Shown: in pieces, positions 10,032 to 18,190 of the stretch | How the letters are laid out: each line of letters starts with the position of its first letter | How positions within the stretch are numbered: position 1 is the stretch's first letter | The notes under the pieces: model-generated | Told to the model about the DNA's origin: nothing | The model's input: only the letters and a program-made list of their open reading frames with translations | Database searches by the model: none | Assembly: GCA_963675665.1 (NCBI GenBank) | Contig: OY776510.1 | Span: forward strand, 544,001 to 608,000 | Source: Spirochaetia bacterium | GTDB taxonomy: Bacteria > Spirochaetota > Spirochaetia > UBA9216 | Length of the DNA stretch: 64,000 bases | Direction of reading: 5' to 3' | Translations under genes and position numbers: made by a program

Positions 10032-11135
10032 TCATGCGACTTCTGTTCTACCTACCATCATTCCCCAAATAAATCCTGATAATTCTCTGGCAACTGCCGT
10101 AACAGTTTTCTGAGGGCATACCCCTCTACGAATCATCCTGAAATATTTCTTACTCAACCTTCTGCCGGCTTTATCAGCATAAGCTATTGTTTCAGCAGAT
10201 TGTCCTTTCCTTCTCGCTGTCAGTCGTTTCGATGGCGAATACCTTTGGTAATGCCAGCTTGATTCCACTAACAGCCGTCGTAGCCTGGAGTTGCCGGCCT
10301 TCGTAATCCCGCCAAGCTTCCGGCCCTCTCCGCTTGAGTATTCTGACGGCACAAGTCCAAGATACGCCATGAAGGATTCCGCTTTTTTAAATCTTCTGAA
10401 ATCTCCTATCTCGCATACAAATGTTAATGCTGTTAATGTCTCTATACCTTTGAAACATCGAAGCCGGGATACCCTTTCTTTATATCTGTCTTCAGCAGCA
10501 ATCTCTTCTATTTTTTCCTGCAACCGTTCAATCTTTTCCTCTAATTCCACAATCGCAAGATAATATTCTTTTAAAACTTCTTTATGCATTACCTGTTCAA
10601 ACTGCAAGTTTTTCAACCAGGTTCGATGCGCCCCTGTCCAGTACTTTTTCCCAATATCATATTTCTTCCCGTTCCTTAGCAGAAACTGTAAGAGCCTCTG
10701 TTTCTGTTTCCTCAAATCAATTTTCATATCGTTACACATCCTCATGTAATCACGAACTGATTCATCTGTGCGTGTCGGTATATTCACCGGTGTTATTTCC
10801 TGATTCCTTAATGCTCTGGCTAATTTGACTGCATCCCTCTTGTCTGTCTTTATTCGGTCTCCGGGTTTCCTCGGCAATAATGATGGTGCTGCTACGTAAC
10901 AGATAATTCCCATATCTTCAAGTAATCTATAAAGTGTAAATCCTGTAGGGCCTGCTTCGTAACAACACAGAATATTTTCTCCATTCTCTTTAAGTCGCTT
11001 GAAGAATCTTTTAATATTTCCGGGTTCGTTCCTGAGCTCTCTTTCAAACTCAGGATTCTGATAATTATCTCTGAATACCGCTACTGCGATTGATTCCTTG
11101 TGGACATCCATCCCTACATAAATTACACTATTCAT
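10032..11135 (-). CDS. IS110-family recombinase/transposase (DEDD RuvC + Tnp domain)
   Basis: VGMDVHKE, CYEAGPTG, KTDKRDA, AYLGLVPSEYSSG, GGITKAGN; ATG 11135 preceded by GGAGG. Confidence 0.97.
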   Translation of the reverse strand: MNSVIYVGMDVHKESIAVAVFRDNYQNPEFERELRNEPGNIKRFFKRLKENGENILCCYEAGPTGFTLYRLLEDMGIICYVAAPSLLPRKPGDRIKTDKRDAVKLARALRNQEITPVNIPTRTDESVRDYMRMCNDMKIDLRKQKQRLLQFLLRNGKKYDIGKKYWTGAHRTWLKNLQFEQVMHKEVLKEYYLAIVELEEKIERLQEKIEEIAAEDRYKERVSRLRCFKGIETLTALTFVCEIGDFRRFKKAESFMAYLGLVPSEYSSGEGRKLGGITKAGNSRLRRLLVESSWHYQRYSPSKRLTARRKGQSAETIAYADKAGRRLSKKYFRMIRRGVCPQKTVTAVARELSGFIWGMMVGRTEVA

Positions 11136-11314
11136 AGTGGCCTCCGTTCCTTTGTATGTGGCGTGTCTGCGCTTTGCCATTAGCCATTGTGTAGGCTAAT
11201 CCACGATTTTGCAAACACGGCGGTCACTTCATATTGTCTAAAACCCCCAATTTAGGGTTTTTAGAGGTCTCCATATATTATTAATTCGATATAATAAAAA
11301 AAAGGATTTTGACA

Positions 11315-13084
11315 ATGTTGTGCGAAATATGTGAATTTGAATGTGATATTCCTGAAAAAGGTACCGGAAAATGCGGAATGTATGAAATAAGAAATGGAGT
11401 CATACAGGAGAGATATCCTGATATGTATCTTATTTCAGTACCCGCCCCAATTGAAGCAATGCCTTTGCTGCATTATTATCCTAATACAAAATTCCTGCAG
11501 GTATGTACTATCGGTTGTAATTTCCGTTGCACCGGATGCGTTTCGTGGCTGTTAACGGAAAATGCCGAATCCATTGATGGAGTAATTGAGACAATAAGTC
11601 CTGATCAACTTATAAAGAAAGCTCTTGATCAGGGATGCTCCGGAATAATGTTCTGCTTTAATGAACCGGCGGTTTCCTTCTTCACTTTTAAGAGAACGGC
11701 AAAACTTGCAAGAGAAAAAGGCCTTTTCACAGGATGCGCTACAAACGGTTATTTTACGGAAAAATCTTTCGTGGAGCTTCTTGAGTATATTGATTTCATT
11801 AACATCGGGTTAAAAGGACATTCGGATAAAGCTTATAGAATTCACGGGGCCTTATCATATAAGCCCATATACCGGAACCTTGAGCTCAGTATAAAAAGCA
11901 AAGTTCATACCGAGGTTTCCCTGGTATATATAAAGGGAATGGAAGATGAAGTCATTGAAACAGTAAAACATATTGCTTCCATATCAAAAGAGACTCCTGT
12001 ACAGCTTATGCGATTTCTGCCCCTTTGCGACACTGATTATGATGACGAGCCTTCAATTAAAGAAGCAGAAATACTTTGTGACGAATTAAGGAAACTACTT
12101 GATTTTGTGTATCTGTTTAATTCCCCCGGCACCGAGTATCTAAACAGTGATTGTCTCCGTTGCGGCAAGCCGGTAATAAGAAGGGGGTTCAACGGCCCCA
12201 TGAACTCAAACGTGACTGAGACCCGGGAAGAAGCGATCTGTGAATGCGGTTACGGCCTGCCGATTAAGGGACAAATCTGCAAGGATAACGGACTGGAGGC
12301 CCTGGGGTTTTCCGGCGGATACAAGAATATAATGGCCCTTGAATTTATTCGGATAATTCTGGCGTTTCTGGGAGAGAACAACAGCAGTACGATAAGCAGG
12401 GTTCTGCTTGAAATAATCAAAACCGATTATATTAAAGACCTGTATTCCAGAATGAAAAAACCGGGAACATATCTCGATACAGTAGATCATTATGCAAGGC
12501 TGGCAGGCAGAGAAAAGGAAGCAGGGAATTTAAGAGCTTTTATTGAAGAAAATGTTGCGGAAATATCTGCTCAGGTTTTAAAAGCAGAAAATCCCCGTGT
12601 ATTTTTTGCTCTTAATCATCCCCTTATAGCTGTTTTCGGGGATAAATTTGACTGCAACCTTGTCGAGATTGCCGGAGGATACAACCTGAACAAGGACATA
12701 AAGCGCGAAGAAATACCGGGAGTGATGATTCCTGTTGAGACGCTAAATAAACTCAACCCCGAAATAATACTGGTATCCGGATCAAACGGGTATCCCGCTT
12801 CGGACGTTTATTCGTTCTATATTGACAAGGGAATGACAGCGGATGCAGTAAAAAACAAAAGAATATACAATGTTCACCCCTATAATACATCGGCTTCCCC
12901 TGACTGGATATTGGGATTAATGTATATTGCCAATATCATTCATCCTGAAATATTCAGTTTCGATCTCGAAAAAACAGCAGATCAGCTTTATCAACAACTT
13001 TTCGGAATCAATTATGATACATTGAACCATAACAGAAGCTTTGACGTATTACGCCTGGAAAGAATAAAAGCGGTACAAAAATAA
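11315..13084 (+). CDS. Radical SAM enzyme (AmmeMemoRadiSam/PflA-like) fused to a C-terminal periplasmic-binding-protein-type domain
   Basis: N-terminal CEIC...C...C, PIEAMPLLHYYP, GCNFRCTGC (CX3CX2C), FNEP, TNGY, C..CG; C-terminal PRVFF...LVEIAGGYN...LNPEIIL...AVKNKRIY...WILGLMYIANIIHPE, resembling the SBP at 16512-17648; no signal peptide. Confidence 0.88.
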   Translation: MLCEICEFECDIPEKGTGKCGMYEIRNGVIQERYPDMYLISVPAPIEAMPLLHYYPNTKFLQVCTIGCNFRCTGCVSWLLTENAESIDGVIETISPDQLIKKALDQGCSGIMFCFNEPAVSFFTFKRTAKLAREKGLFTGCATNGYFTEKSFVELLEYIDFINIGLKGHSDKAYRIHGALSYKPIYRNLELSIKSKVHTEVSLVYIKGMEDEVIETVKHIASISKETPVQLMRFLPLCDTDYDDEPSIKEAEILCDELRKLLDFVYLFNSPGTEYLNSDCLRCGKPVIRRGFNGPMNSNVTETREEAICECGYGLPIKGQICKDNGLEALGFSGGYKNIMALEFIRIILAFLGENNSSTISRVLLEIIKTDYIKDLYSRMKKPGTYLDTVDHYARLAGREKEAGNLRAFIEENVAEISAQVLKAENPRVFFALNHPLIAVFGDKFDCNLVEIAGGYNLNKDIKREEIPGVMIPVETLNKLNPEIILVSGSNGYPASDVYSFYIDKGMTADAVKNKRIYNVHPYNTSASPDWILGLMYIANIIHPEIFSFDLEKTADQLYQQLFGINYDTLNHNRSFDVLRLERIKAVQK

Positions 13085-13097
13085 AAGGAAATCAAGA

Positions 13098-13733
13098 ATG
13101 AAGAAGCAAATGGAAAAATTCAATAAAAAAACAGGCACGGATTTCGACAAGATCTCAAAAACAGTTTTTGCCCCTATATACCCGGTAATTGTCGACCAAT
13201 TGGTAGAACGATGTGAAATCAGCAGGGGAGTTTGCATAGACATCGGAAGCGGAACGGGGCAGCTCGGCATGGCGCTGGCAAAAGCCTACGCTTTTAAGGT
13301 TTACGGCCTTGATTTTTCAGAAGAAATTAACACCATAGCCCTTGAAAATATAAAATCTGAAGGGCTGGAAGGCCGGATGTTGCCGACGTATGGCAGTGTA
13401 GATAAGATTCCTTTCGATGATAATTTTGCGGATATAATAATAAGCCGAGGCTCCCTGTTTTTCTGGAATGATATCGATAAAGCTTTTAAAGAAATTTACA
13501 GGGTATTAAAACCGGGCGGAAAAACATATATTGGCGGCGGCTTCGGAAACGCCGGGCTGCGCGAACAAATTACTGCGGAAATGCGAAAAAAGGATCCCGA
13601 CTGGGAATGCCAGGGCAGCAGGCCGGAGGGGAAAAGCAAGGTGGAAGAATCACGAAAGGCACTGGATAAAATGGATCTGGATTATAAAGTAGTAGATGAT
13701 GAAACCGGTCTGTGGTTTATGATAAGAAAATAA
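13098..13733 (+). CDS. Class I SAM-dependent methyltransferase
   Basis: IDIGSGTG, IPFDDNFADIIISRGS, EIYRVLKPGG, IGGGFG. Confidence 0.93.
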   Translation: MKKQMEKFNKKTGTDFDKISKTVFAPIYPVIVDQLVERCEISRGVCIDIGSGTGQLGMALAKAYAFKVYGLDFSEEINTIALENIKSEGLEGRMLPTYGSVDKIPFDDNFADIIISRGSLFFWNDIDKAFKEIYRVLKPGGKTYIGGGFGNAGLREQITAEMRKKDPDWECQGSRPEGKSKVEESRKALDKMDLDYKVVDDETGLWFMIRK

Positions 13734-13739
13734 AACAAT

Positions 13740-14534
13740 TCAGTTCATCAATTTTGGTACACAGAGTTTCAGCTCGCGGTTTGTATCGGGCTCATCCACG
13801 GTCAAAAGACTTACCTCCATATCATAAACCTCAGACAGAGAACTGTCCGTCATCACCTCGGACGGTCTTCCCGTATCAATAAACCGACCGTTTTTCATTA
13901 AAGCAACACGGCTGGAGTAAAGCAGGGCATGATCCGGATAGTGAGAAGTCATCAAGACGGTAATCCCCTGCCGGGCCAGTTGATTAACAATCTGCAGGAT
14001 ATTTGTCTGGTTTTTAAAATCAAGATGTGACGTCGGTTCATCCAGCAGTATTACCTCAGGTTCCTGTGTAAGGGTTCTGGCGATAAGAACCAACTGCCTT
14101 TCTCCTCCGCTGATCTGGGTATATCGATGGTCGCGGTAGTGATACATGCCGACCCTTTCGAGGGCTTCTTCAGCAATTTCAATATCTTCCTGTGAGGGTG
14201 TGGAAAAAAGTTTTAAATGAGGCGCTCTTCCCATAGATACTACATCTATTACTGAGTATGGAAAAGGTGCGCTATGTTCCTGAAAAATATATCCAATCTT
14301 GCGGGCTATTTCAGTTATACTCATACAGGAGATATTGTTACCGTCCAGCATAACTTCACCTGTTTTAAGCTTTAGAGTACCGTTAATACAATTGAGCAAT
14401 GTTGTTTTGCCGCTTCCGTTGGAACCCAAAAGACAGAAGATTTCTCCGGAAGATACGCTCAACTCAAGATTACTGAAAATATTTTTTTCATCATAGCTGA
14501 AAGAGGCATTTTTCAATGCAATTTTAGCTTCCAT
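13740..14534 (-). CDS. Fe-chelate/cobalamin-type ABC ATPase (FecE/BtuD-like)
   Basis: GSNGSGKT, ISGGERQ, LLDEPTSHLD, SHYPDHA; start at ATG 14534. Confidence 0.93.
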   Translation of the reverse strand: MEAKIALKNASFSYDEKNIFSNLELSVSSGEIFCLLGSNGSGKTTLLNCINGTLKLKTGEVMLDGNNISCMSITEIARKIGYIFQEHSAPFPYSVIDVVSMGRAPHLKLFSTPSQEDIEIAEEALERVGMYHYRDHRYTQISGGERQLVLIARTLTQEPEVILLDEPTSHLDFKNQTNILQIVNQLARQGITVLMTSHYPDHALLYSSRVALMKNGRFIDTGRPSEVMTDSSLSEVYDMEVSLLTVDEPDTNRELKLCVPKLMN

Positions 14535-14535
14535 T

Positions 14536-15555
14536 TTATCCTGCGCCCCCTTTTGTCTTCCGTAGTATATAGGCAAAATACGGCGCTCCGACAATTGCGG
14601 TCAGTATTCCCAGCGGGATTTCCGCCGCCATCACGGTTCTTGCCAGATCATCAATAAACAGAAGATAAGCGCCGCCGAGAACCAGGGATGCAGGAAGCAG
14701 AACCCGGTGATCCGGCCCAACCAGCATTCGGGCCACATGCGGCATAATCAGCCCTACCCAGCCGATAATGCCGCTGACACATACCGCTGAAGCAGAAACT
14801 ACACTGGAACAGATTATTATAACGCCCTTGATAATTTCTGTATTGATTCCAAGGGCGCGGGCTTCCCTGTCCCCCATCGAAAGGATATTTATCCGCCATC
14901 TTAAAAGTAGAAGTCCGGTTGAACCCAGGAACATCGGCGGGGTTACGGTTATCAAGTCCTTGAAAGAGCTGCCGCTGAGACTTCCCATAAGCCAGAAAAC
15001 AATAGCCGGCAGTTTTTCATGCGGATCAGCAACATATTTTGTAAGTGAAATAAATGCTGAAAAGAGCGCTGTAACAATTGTACCGGCAAGCACCAGCATA
15101 AGCGTTGGGGTAGTTTTATATATACGGCTTACAGAGTATGTAATCGCTACCGCTGCCAGGCCGAACAGCATTGCGAGTCCCTGGATAATAAACCCGCTGC
15201 CGGAAAGCAGGATTCCCAAAGCCGCCCCGAACCCGGCCCCTGCGCAGACACCCAGAATATGGGGACTGACCAGAGGATTCTGGAACATTCCCTGAAAAGA
15301 TGCGCCGCTGATTGAAAGACCTGCTCCTACAAAAAGCGCCAGAATTATCCGCGGCAGGCGGACCTTGAAGATAACTGTTTCTACCGTATCCGCCCAACAG
15401 GGTTCAATAGGGAATATTTTTGAAGCGATAACCTTGATAACCGTCAGAGGAGTTATCGGGTACCGCCCCCAAAAAAGAGAAACAAAAAAAAGAAGCAGGG
15501 GTAATAAAATGAAAAATACTATATTTTTCCTGGACATACAGTTTCTCTGCTTCAC
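14536..15555 (-). CDS. FecCD-family ABC permease
   Basis: VRLPRI, FQNPLVSPHILG, FWLMGSL, GIIGWVGL, EIPLGILT. Confidence 0.95.
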   Translation of the reverse strand: MKQRNCMSRKNIVFFILLPLLLFFVSLFWGRYPITPLTVIKVIASKIFPIEPCWADTVETVIFKVRLPRIILALFVGAGLSISGASFQGMFQNPLVSPHILGVCAGAGFGAALGILLSGSGFIIQGLAMLFGLAAVAITYSVSRIYKTTPTLMLVLAGTIVTALFSAFISLTKYVADPHEKLPAIVFWLMGSLSGSSFKDLITVTPPMFLGSTGLLLLRWRINILSMGDREARALGINTEIIKGVIIICSSVVSASAVCVSGIIGWVGLIMPHVARMLVGPDHRVLLPASLVLGGAYLLFIDDLARTVMAAEIPLGILTAIVGAPYFAYILRKTKGGAG

Positions 15556-16433
15556 CTGACAATCCCGGATGATAAAAATCTTTCCCGCATTCCATCCAGA
15601 CTGTTTTTATTTTTTTCAGCTGAATAAATCGTCGAGAAAAAAGGACTGAAACCGTTAGCTCCCGCCCTGAGCCCCCAGGGAGCAGTATCGGGAGAAACAA
15701 ACAAATCTACATCCGTCATATATATCCTGGTAATAGCGATTATCTTCGACCATTCATAAATATTCGGCGGGGTTATTCTTTCAAGATCGGTATTGGCTCT
15801 CGGCTGAAACATTTGAATCGTAACTGATGATACGCCGAGACTTTTCATCAATTCCAGACCATAAATTATATCATCCTGTGTTTCTCCCAAACCTGTAATA
15901 AAGCTGCTCCAGGTTTTCATTCCCAGATCACGGGCGTTCTTCAGAGTTTCAAGCCTTGCCACAAAATTATCGCCGGGCCTTATCTCCTTAAAAATCTTTA
16001 TATTCGGCATTTCGATACCGCACCAATAACCTTCCATACCGCAGCTTCTCAGCAACTCAAGAGTTTTCCTGCTTAACGGACCAAAGAACCCGTAAACCTC
16101 AAAATTTGCAGTATCTTTTATCAGTTTCAGGTAATCATAAAAATAATCAGGAAGCTCATATCCCATCCATCCCGAAACCATATGTACCCTGTGAATTCCC
16201 TGCTTATTTCCATTCAGAACTCTCTCAATGATGTTTTCTTTTGGATTTATTCTGTTATATTCATCATCCAATGGAGACAGGGATTTCCATGTACAATGCC
16301 GACAGAGCGGTTTGATATTGCAAACGGTTGTAACCGGCATTGGAGAACAGTATACAGTTTCCTTTTTCTCAGCTACTTCTCTTGCCCTTTTAAAAAGAGA
16401 ATCGGCATCTTCTTGAAACAGACTCTTTAGCAT
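15552..16433 (-). CDS. BioB/HydE-fold radical SAM with CX5CX2C motif (HcgA/HmdB-like)
   Basis: TTVCNIKPLCRHC, GIE...IRPGD...RLETL, ITGLGET, FQPRANT, IAITRI, GLRAGAN; ATG 16433 preferred because the upstream GTG lies inside a hairpin. Confidence 0.85.
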   Translation of the reverse strand: MLKSLFQEDADSLFKRAREVAEKKETVYCSPMPVTTVCNIKPLCRHCTWKSLSPLDDEYNRINPKENIIERVLNGNKQGIHRVHMVSGWMGYELPDYFYDYLKLIKDTANFEVYGFFGPLSRKTLELLRSCGMEGYWCGIEMPNIKIFKEIRPGDNFVARLETLKNARDLGMKTWSSFITGLGETQDDIIYGLELMKSLGVSSVTIQMFQPRANTDLERITPPNIYEWSKIIAITRIYMTDVDLFVSPDTAPWGLRAGANGFSPFFSTIYSAEKNKNSLDGMRERFLSSGIVR

Positions 16434-16469
16434 ATCGTATTCAATCCTTAAAAATTTAACTTTCAAACA

Positions 16470-16502
16470 ACTCACCGGGGTAAGACTGGTTACCCGGTGA
16501 GT
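16470..16502 (-). other. Intergenic stem-loop after SBP gene (mRNA stabiliser or partial terminator)
   Basis: ACTCACCGGGGTAA-gactgg-TTACCCGGTGAGT. Confidence 0.6.
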
Positions 16503-16511
16503 AATCCGTTG

Positions 16512-17648
16512 TTATACTGTTGTTTCCGGCCCCAGGTGCTTCAGGATCCTGTCAGTTTCCTCATCACTGAGTTTGTAATTGTAAAACCTGGAATAGAATT
16601 CCTGTATCTCTTTTTCAATATTTAGATCTTTAAACTTATCCGGGTGAAGAATCTTGGCCATCCACATCACCTCAAGAATCACTTCTGAACCGGCGTCCCA
16701 GAAAAAAGCTCCCATCGGAGTTACATAAATTTCTCCGTTTTTTACAGCGCTTACTTTATCGAACCTGCCGTCTTCCTCGATTAGTGATATAAATGATTCA
16801 AGAGGTGATTCCGAGCTTTCTCCGGAATGCTCCAGAATAATAACTTCGGGATCCCATTTCATGAAATCTTCGTAATTAACATCTGCCGGCCATGTACCGG
16901 GCAGCTCCTTATGAACACAGAGGCCTCCCGCTTTATCTATCAAACTGGGAGTATTTGAATACTTTGTCTGAGCTTTCATCAAAGATCCATGGGCGCAATA
17001 CACCCGGGGCCTTTCACTATTCGGAATCTGTTCGGTAACAGTAGTAATCATTGCCAGTTTCTCATCGAAATAATCACAATATTCCCGGCCGATTTTTATC
17101 TCTGCTTCACCCAGAGTTTCCGCATATACCATAACCTGATCTTTCATATTAGCCAGGTCCTGTACGGCATCTTCCCCGGGATAAACACCAACTACTGATA
17201 TGCCGATGTTCTGCATTTCTTCAACGGCATCGACATTCGTCCAGAAGAAAACAACATCCGGATCAATTTTTAAAAGTTCTTCAACATTTACCTGTTTTGC
17301 TTTCGCGATTGTTGTAGGAACTTCATCTATTCGTGAACACATTACACTCAACCATGGCCAGTAAGTTTTGTGAAATCCCGAACAAAGAACTATCTTGTCC
17401 TCAGCCCCCAGCAGCGCAACCTTTTCATATGCACAGCCGTAAAGGGCTGCAACCCTGTCTACTTCATAGGGGATGGTGAGAATATCACCGTCGAGATTTG
17501 TAACTTCTCTGGTTGTCGGTAACTGCTCTTCCTCTGCCGCCGGAGCTGAAGCCGGGGCTTCTTCTTTGGCACTGCAGCCAAGGATTGTATTTATAATTAG
17601 AACAGATATGATGATTATTAAACATGATTTATTATTTCTTTTAAACAT
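16512..17648 (-). CDS. ABC substrate-binding lipoprotein, FecB/BtuF (Peripla_BP_2) type
   Basis: Lipobox TILGC, VNVEELLKIDPDVVF, WDPEVII, AVKNGEIY, WMAKILHPDKF; ATG 17648. Confidence 0.92.
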   Translation of the reverse strand: MFKRNNKSCLIIIISVLIINTILGCSAKEEAPASAPAAEEEQLPTTREVTNLDGDILTIPYEVDRVAALYGCAYEKVALLGAEDKIVLCSGFHKTYWPWLSVMCSRIDEVPTTIAKAKQVNVEELLKIDPDVVFFWTNVDAVEEMQNIGISVVGVYPGEDAVQDLANMKDQVMVYAETLGEAEIKIGREYCDYFDEKLAMITTVTEQIPNSERPRVYCAHGSLMKAQTKYSNTPSLIDKAGGLCVHKELPGTWPADVNYEDFMKWDPEVIILEHSGESSESPLESFISLIEEDGRFDKVSAVKNGEIYVTPMGAFFWDAGSEVILEVMWMAKILHPDKFKDLNIEKEIQEFYSRFYNYKLSDEETDRILKHLGPETTV

Positions 17649-17831
17649 TATCTTCACTCCATAATTTCCTGATATAAAAATAAAAAACATTTCTTTTTCT
17701 GCCTGAGGGTTTTAGATCAACCCACCCTAATCCGTCACCGGAAAAAAATGAGACAGTGAATAAAGAACAGAGACAATTCGATATAATATGGATAAAAAAT
17801 AATGACTAAGAGCTGTCTATATACATTCAGA

Positions 17832-17930
17832 ATCTCCTTTCCAAACACGGGAGGCTATGTCGTTTCCAACAGAACCCTATCGACGCAAGATCCATGGTGT
17901 AACCGGTAGGACGCAAGCGCTCGGAGTTAT
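17832..17930 (-). promoter_or_regulatory. Moco RNA motif riboswitch, P3-less (Tuco-type) variant
   Basis: Minus strand: ACTCCGAGC...CCTA..GGTTACACCATGG...AGGGTTCTGTTGGAAACGACATAGCCTCCCGTGTTTGGAAAGGAG. Has the P4 GAAA tetraloop, P5 and the SD-containing P1 strand; only CGAT where P3 would be. Confidence 0.85.
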
Positions 17931-17939
17931 TACAAATAA

Positions 17940-17968
17940 ATTAAACACGATTTCAACTGATATGTCAA
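17940..17968 (-). promoter_or_regulatory. sigma70 promoter for the riboswitch/ABC operon
   Basis: TTGACA-17 bp-TTTAAT immediately 5' of the riboswitch. Confidence 0.75.
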
Positions 17969-18000
17969 AGAGTTTCTTTTTTTTAACATGTTTGGTTTAA

Positions 18001-18029
18001 TTGACAGCGAGGTTTGTTTTCATTACTAT
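18001..18029 (+). promoter_or_regulatory. sigma70 promoter for tRNA
   Basis: TTGACA-17 bp-TACTAT. Confidence 0.75.
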
Positions 18030-18042
18030 ATGTTCACATCAT

Positions 18043-18116
<74 letters not shown>

Positions 18117-18117
18117 G

Positions 18118-18149
18118 AAAAGGGATTGCCGGCGGCAATCCCTTTTTTT
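18118..18149 (+). terminator. Intrinsic (bidirectional) terminator
   Basis: AAAAGGGATTGCC-ggc-GGCAATCCCTTTTTTT. Confidence 0.9.
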
Positions 18150-18190
18150 ATTCTCAGAACGTTTCGATGGAGTTTTTGAGAAAAGACATA

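Larger units (their letters stand above)
9746..11239 (-). mobile_element. Complete IS110-family element, IS1111-type layout (~1.49 kb)
   Basis: Sub-terminal 13-bp inverted repeats ATATGATGTGACC (9747-9759) and GGTCACTTCATAT (11222-11234), one mismatch; (T)CT core at both junctions (9743-9745, 11237-11239); long non-coding end 3' of the recombinase; removing it restores a palindrome. Confidence 0.92.
9732..11276. repeat. REP-like intergenic palindrome split by the IS (pieces 9732-9745 and 11240-11276)
   Basis: Reconstructed empty site ATATGGGAACCTCTAAAACCCC-caattta-GGGTTTTTAGAGGTCTCCATAT; 22-bp arms with 3 mismatches. Confidence 0.8.

Noticed and set aside
17701-17724. Second IS target-like site (minus strand GGTTGAT-CT-AAAACCC)
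   Set aside because: Only the right half matches; the left half does not match the guide GGCACCT, and it is not in a REP-like palindrome
17832-17930. Cobalamin riboswitch, expected ahead of a BtuF/FecCD-type operon
   Set aside because: No B12 box or GCCACTG/GGGAAG motifs; the sequence fits the Moco RNA motif instead
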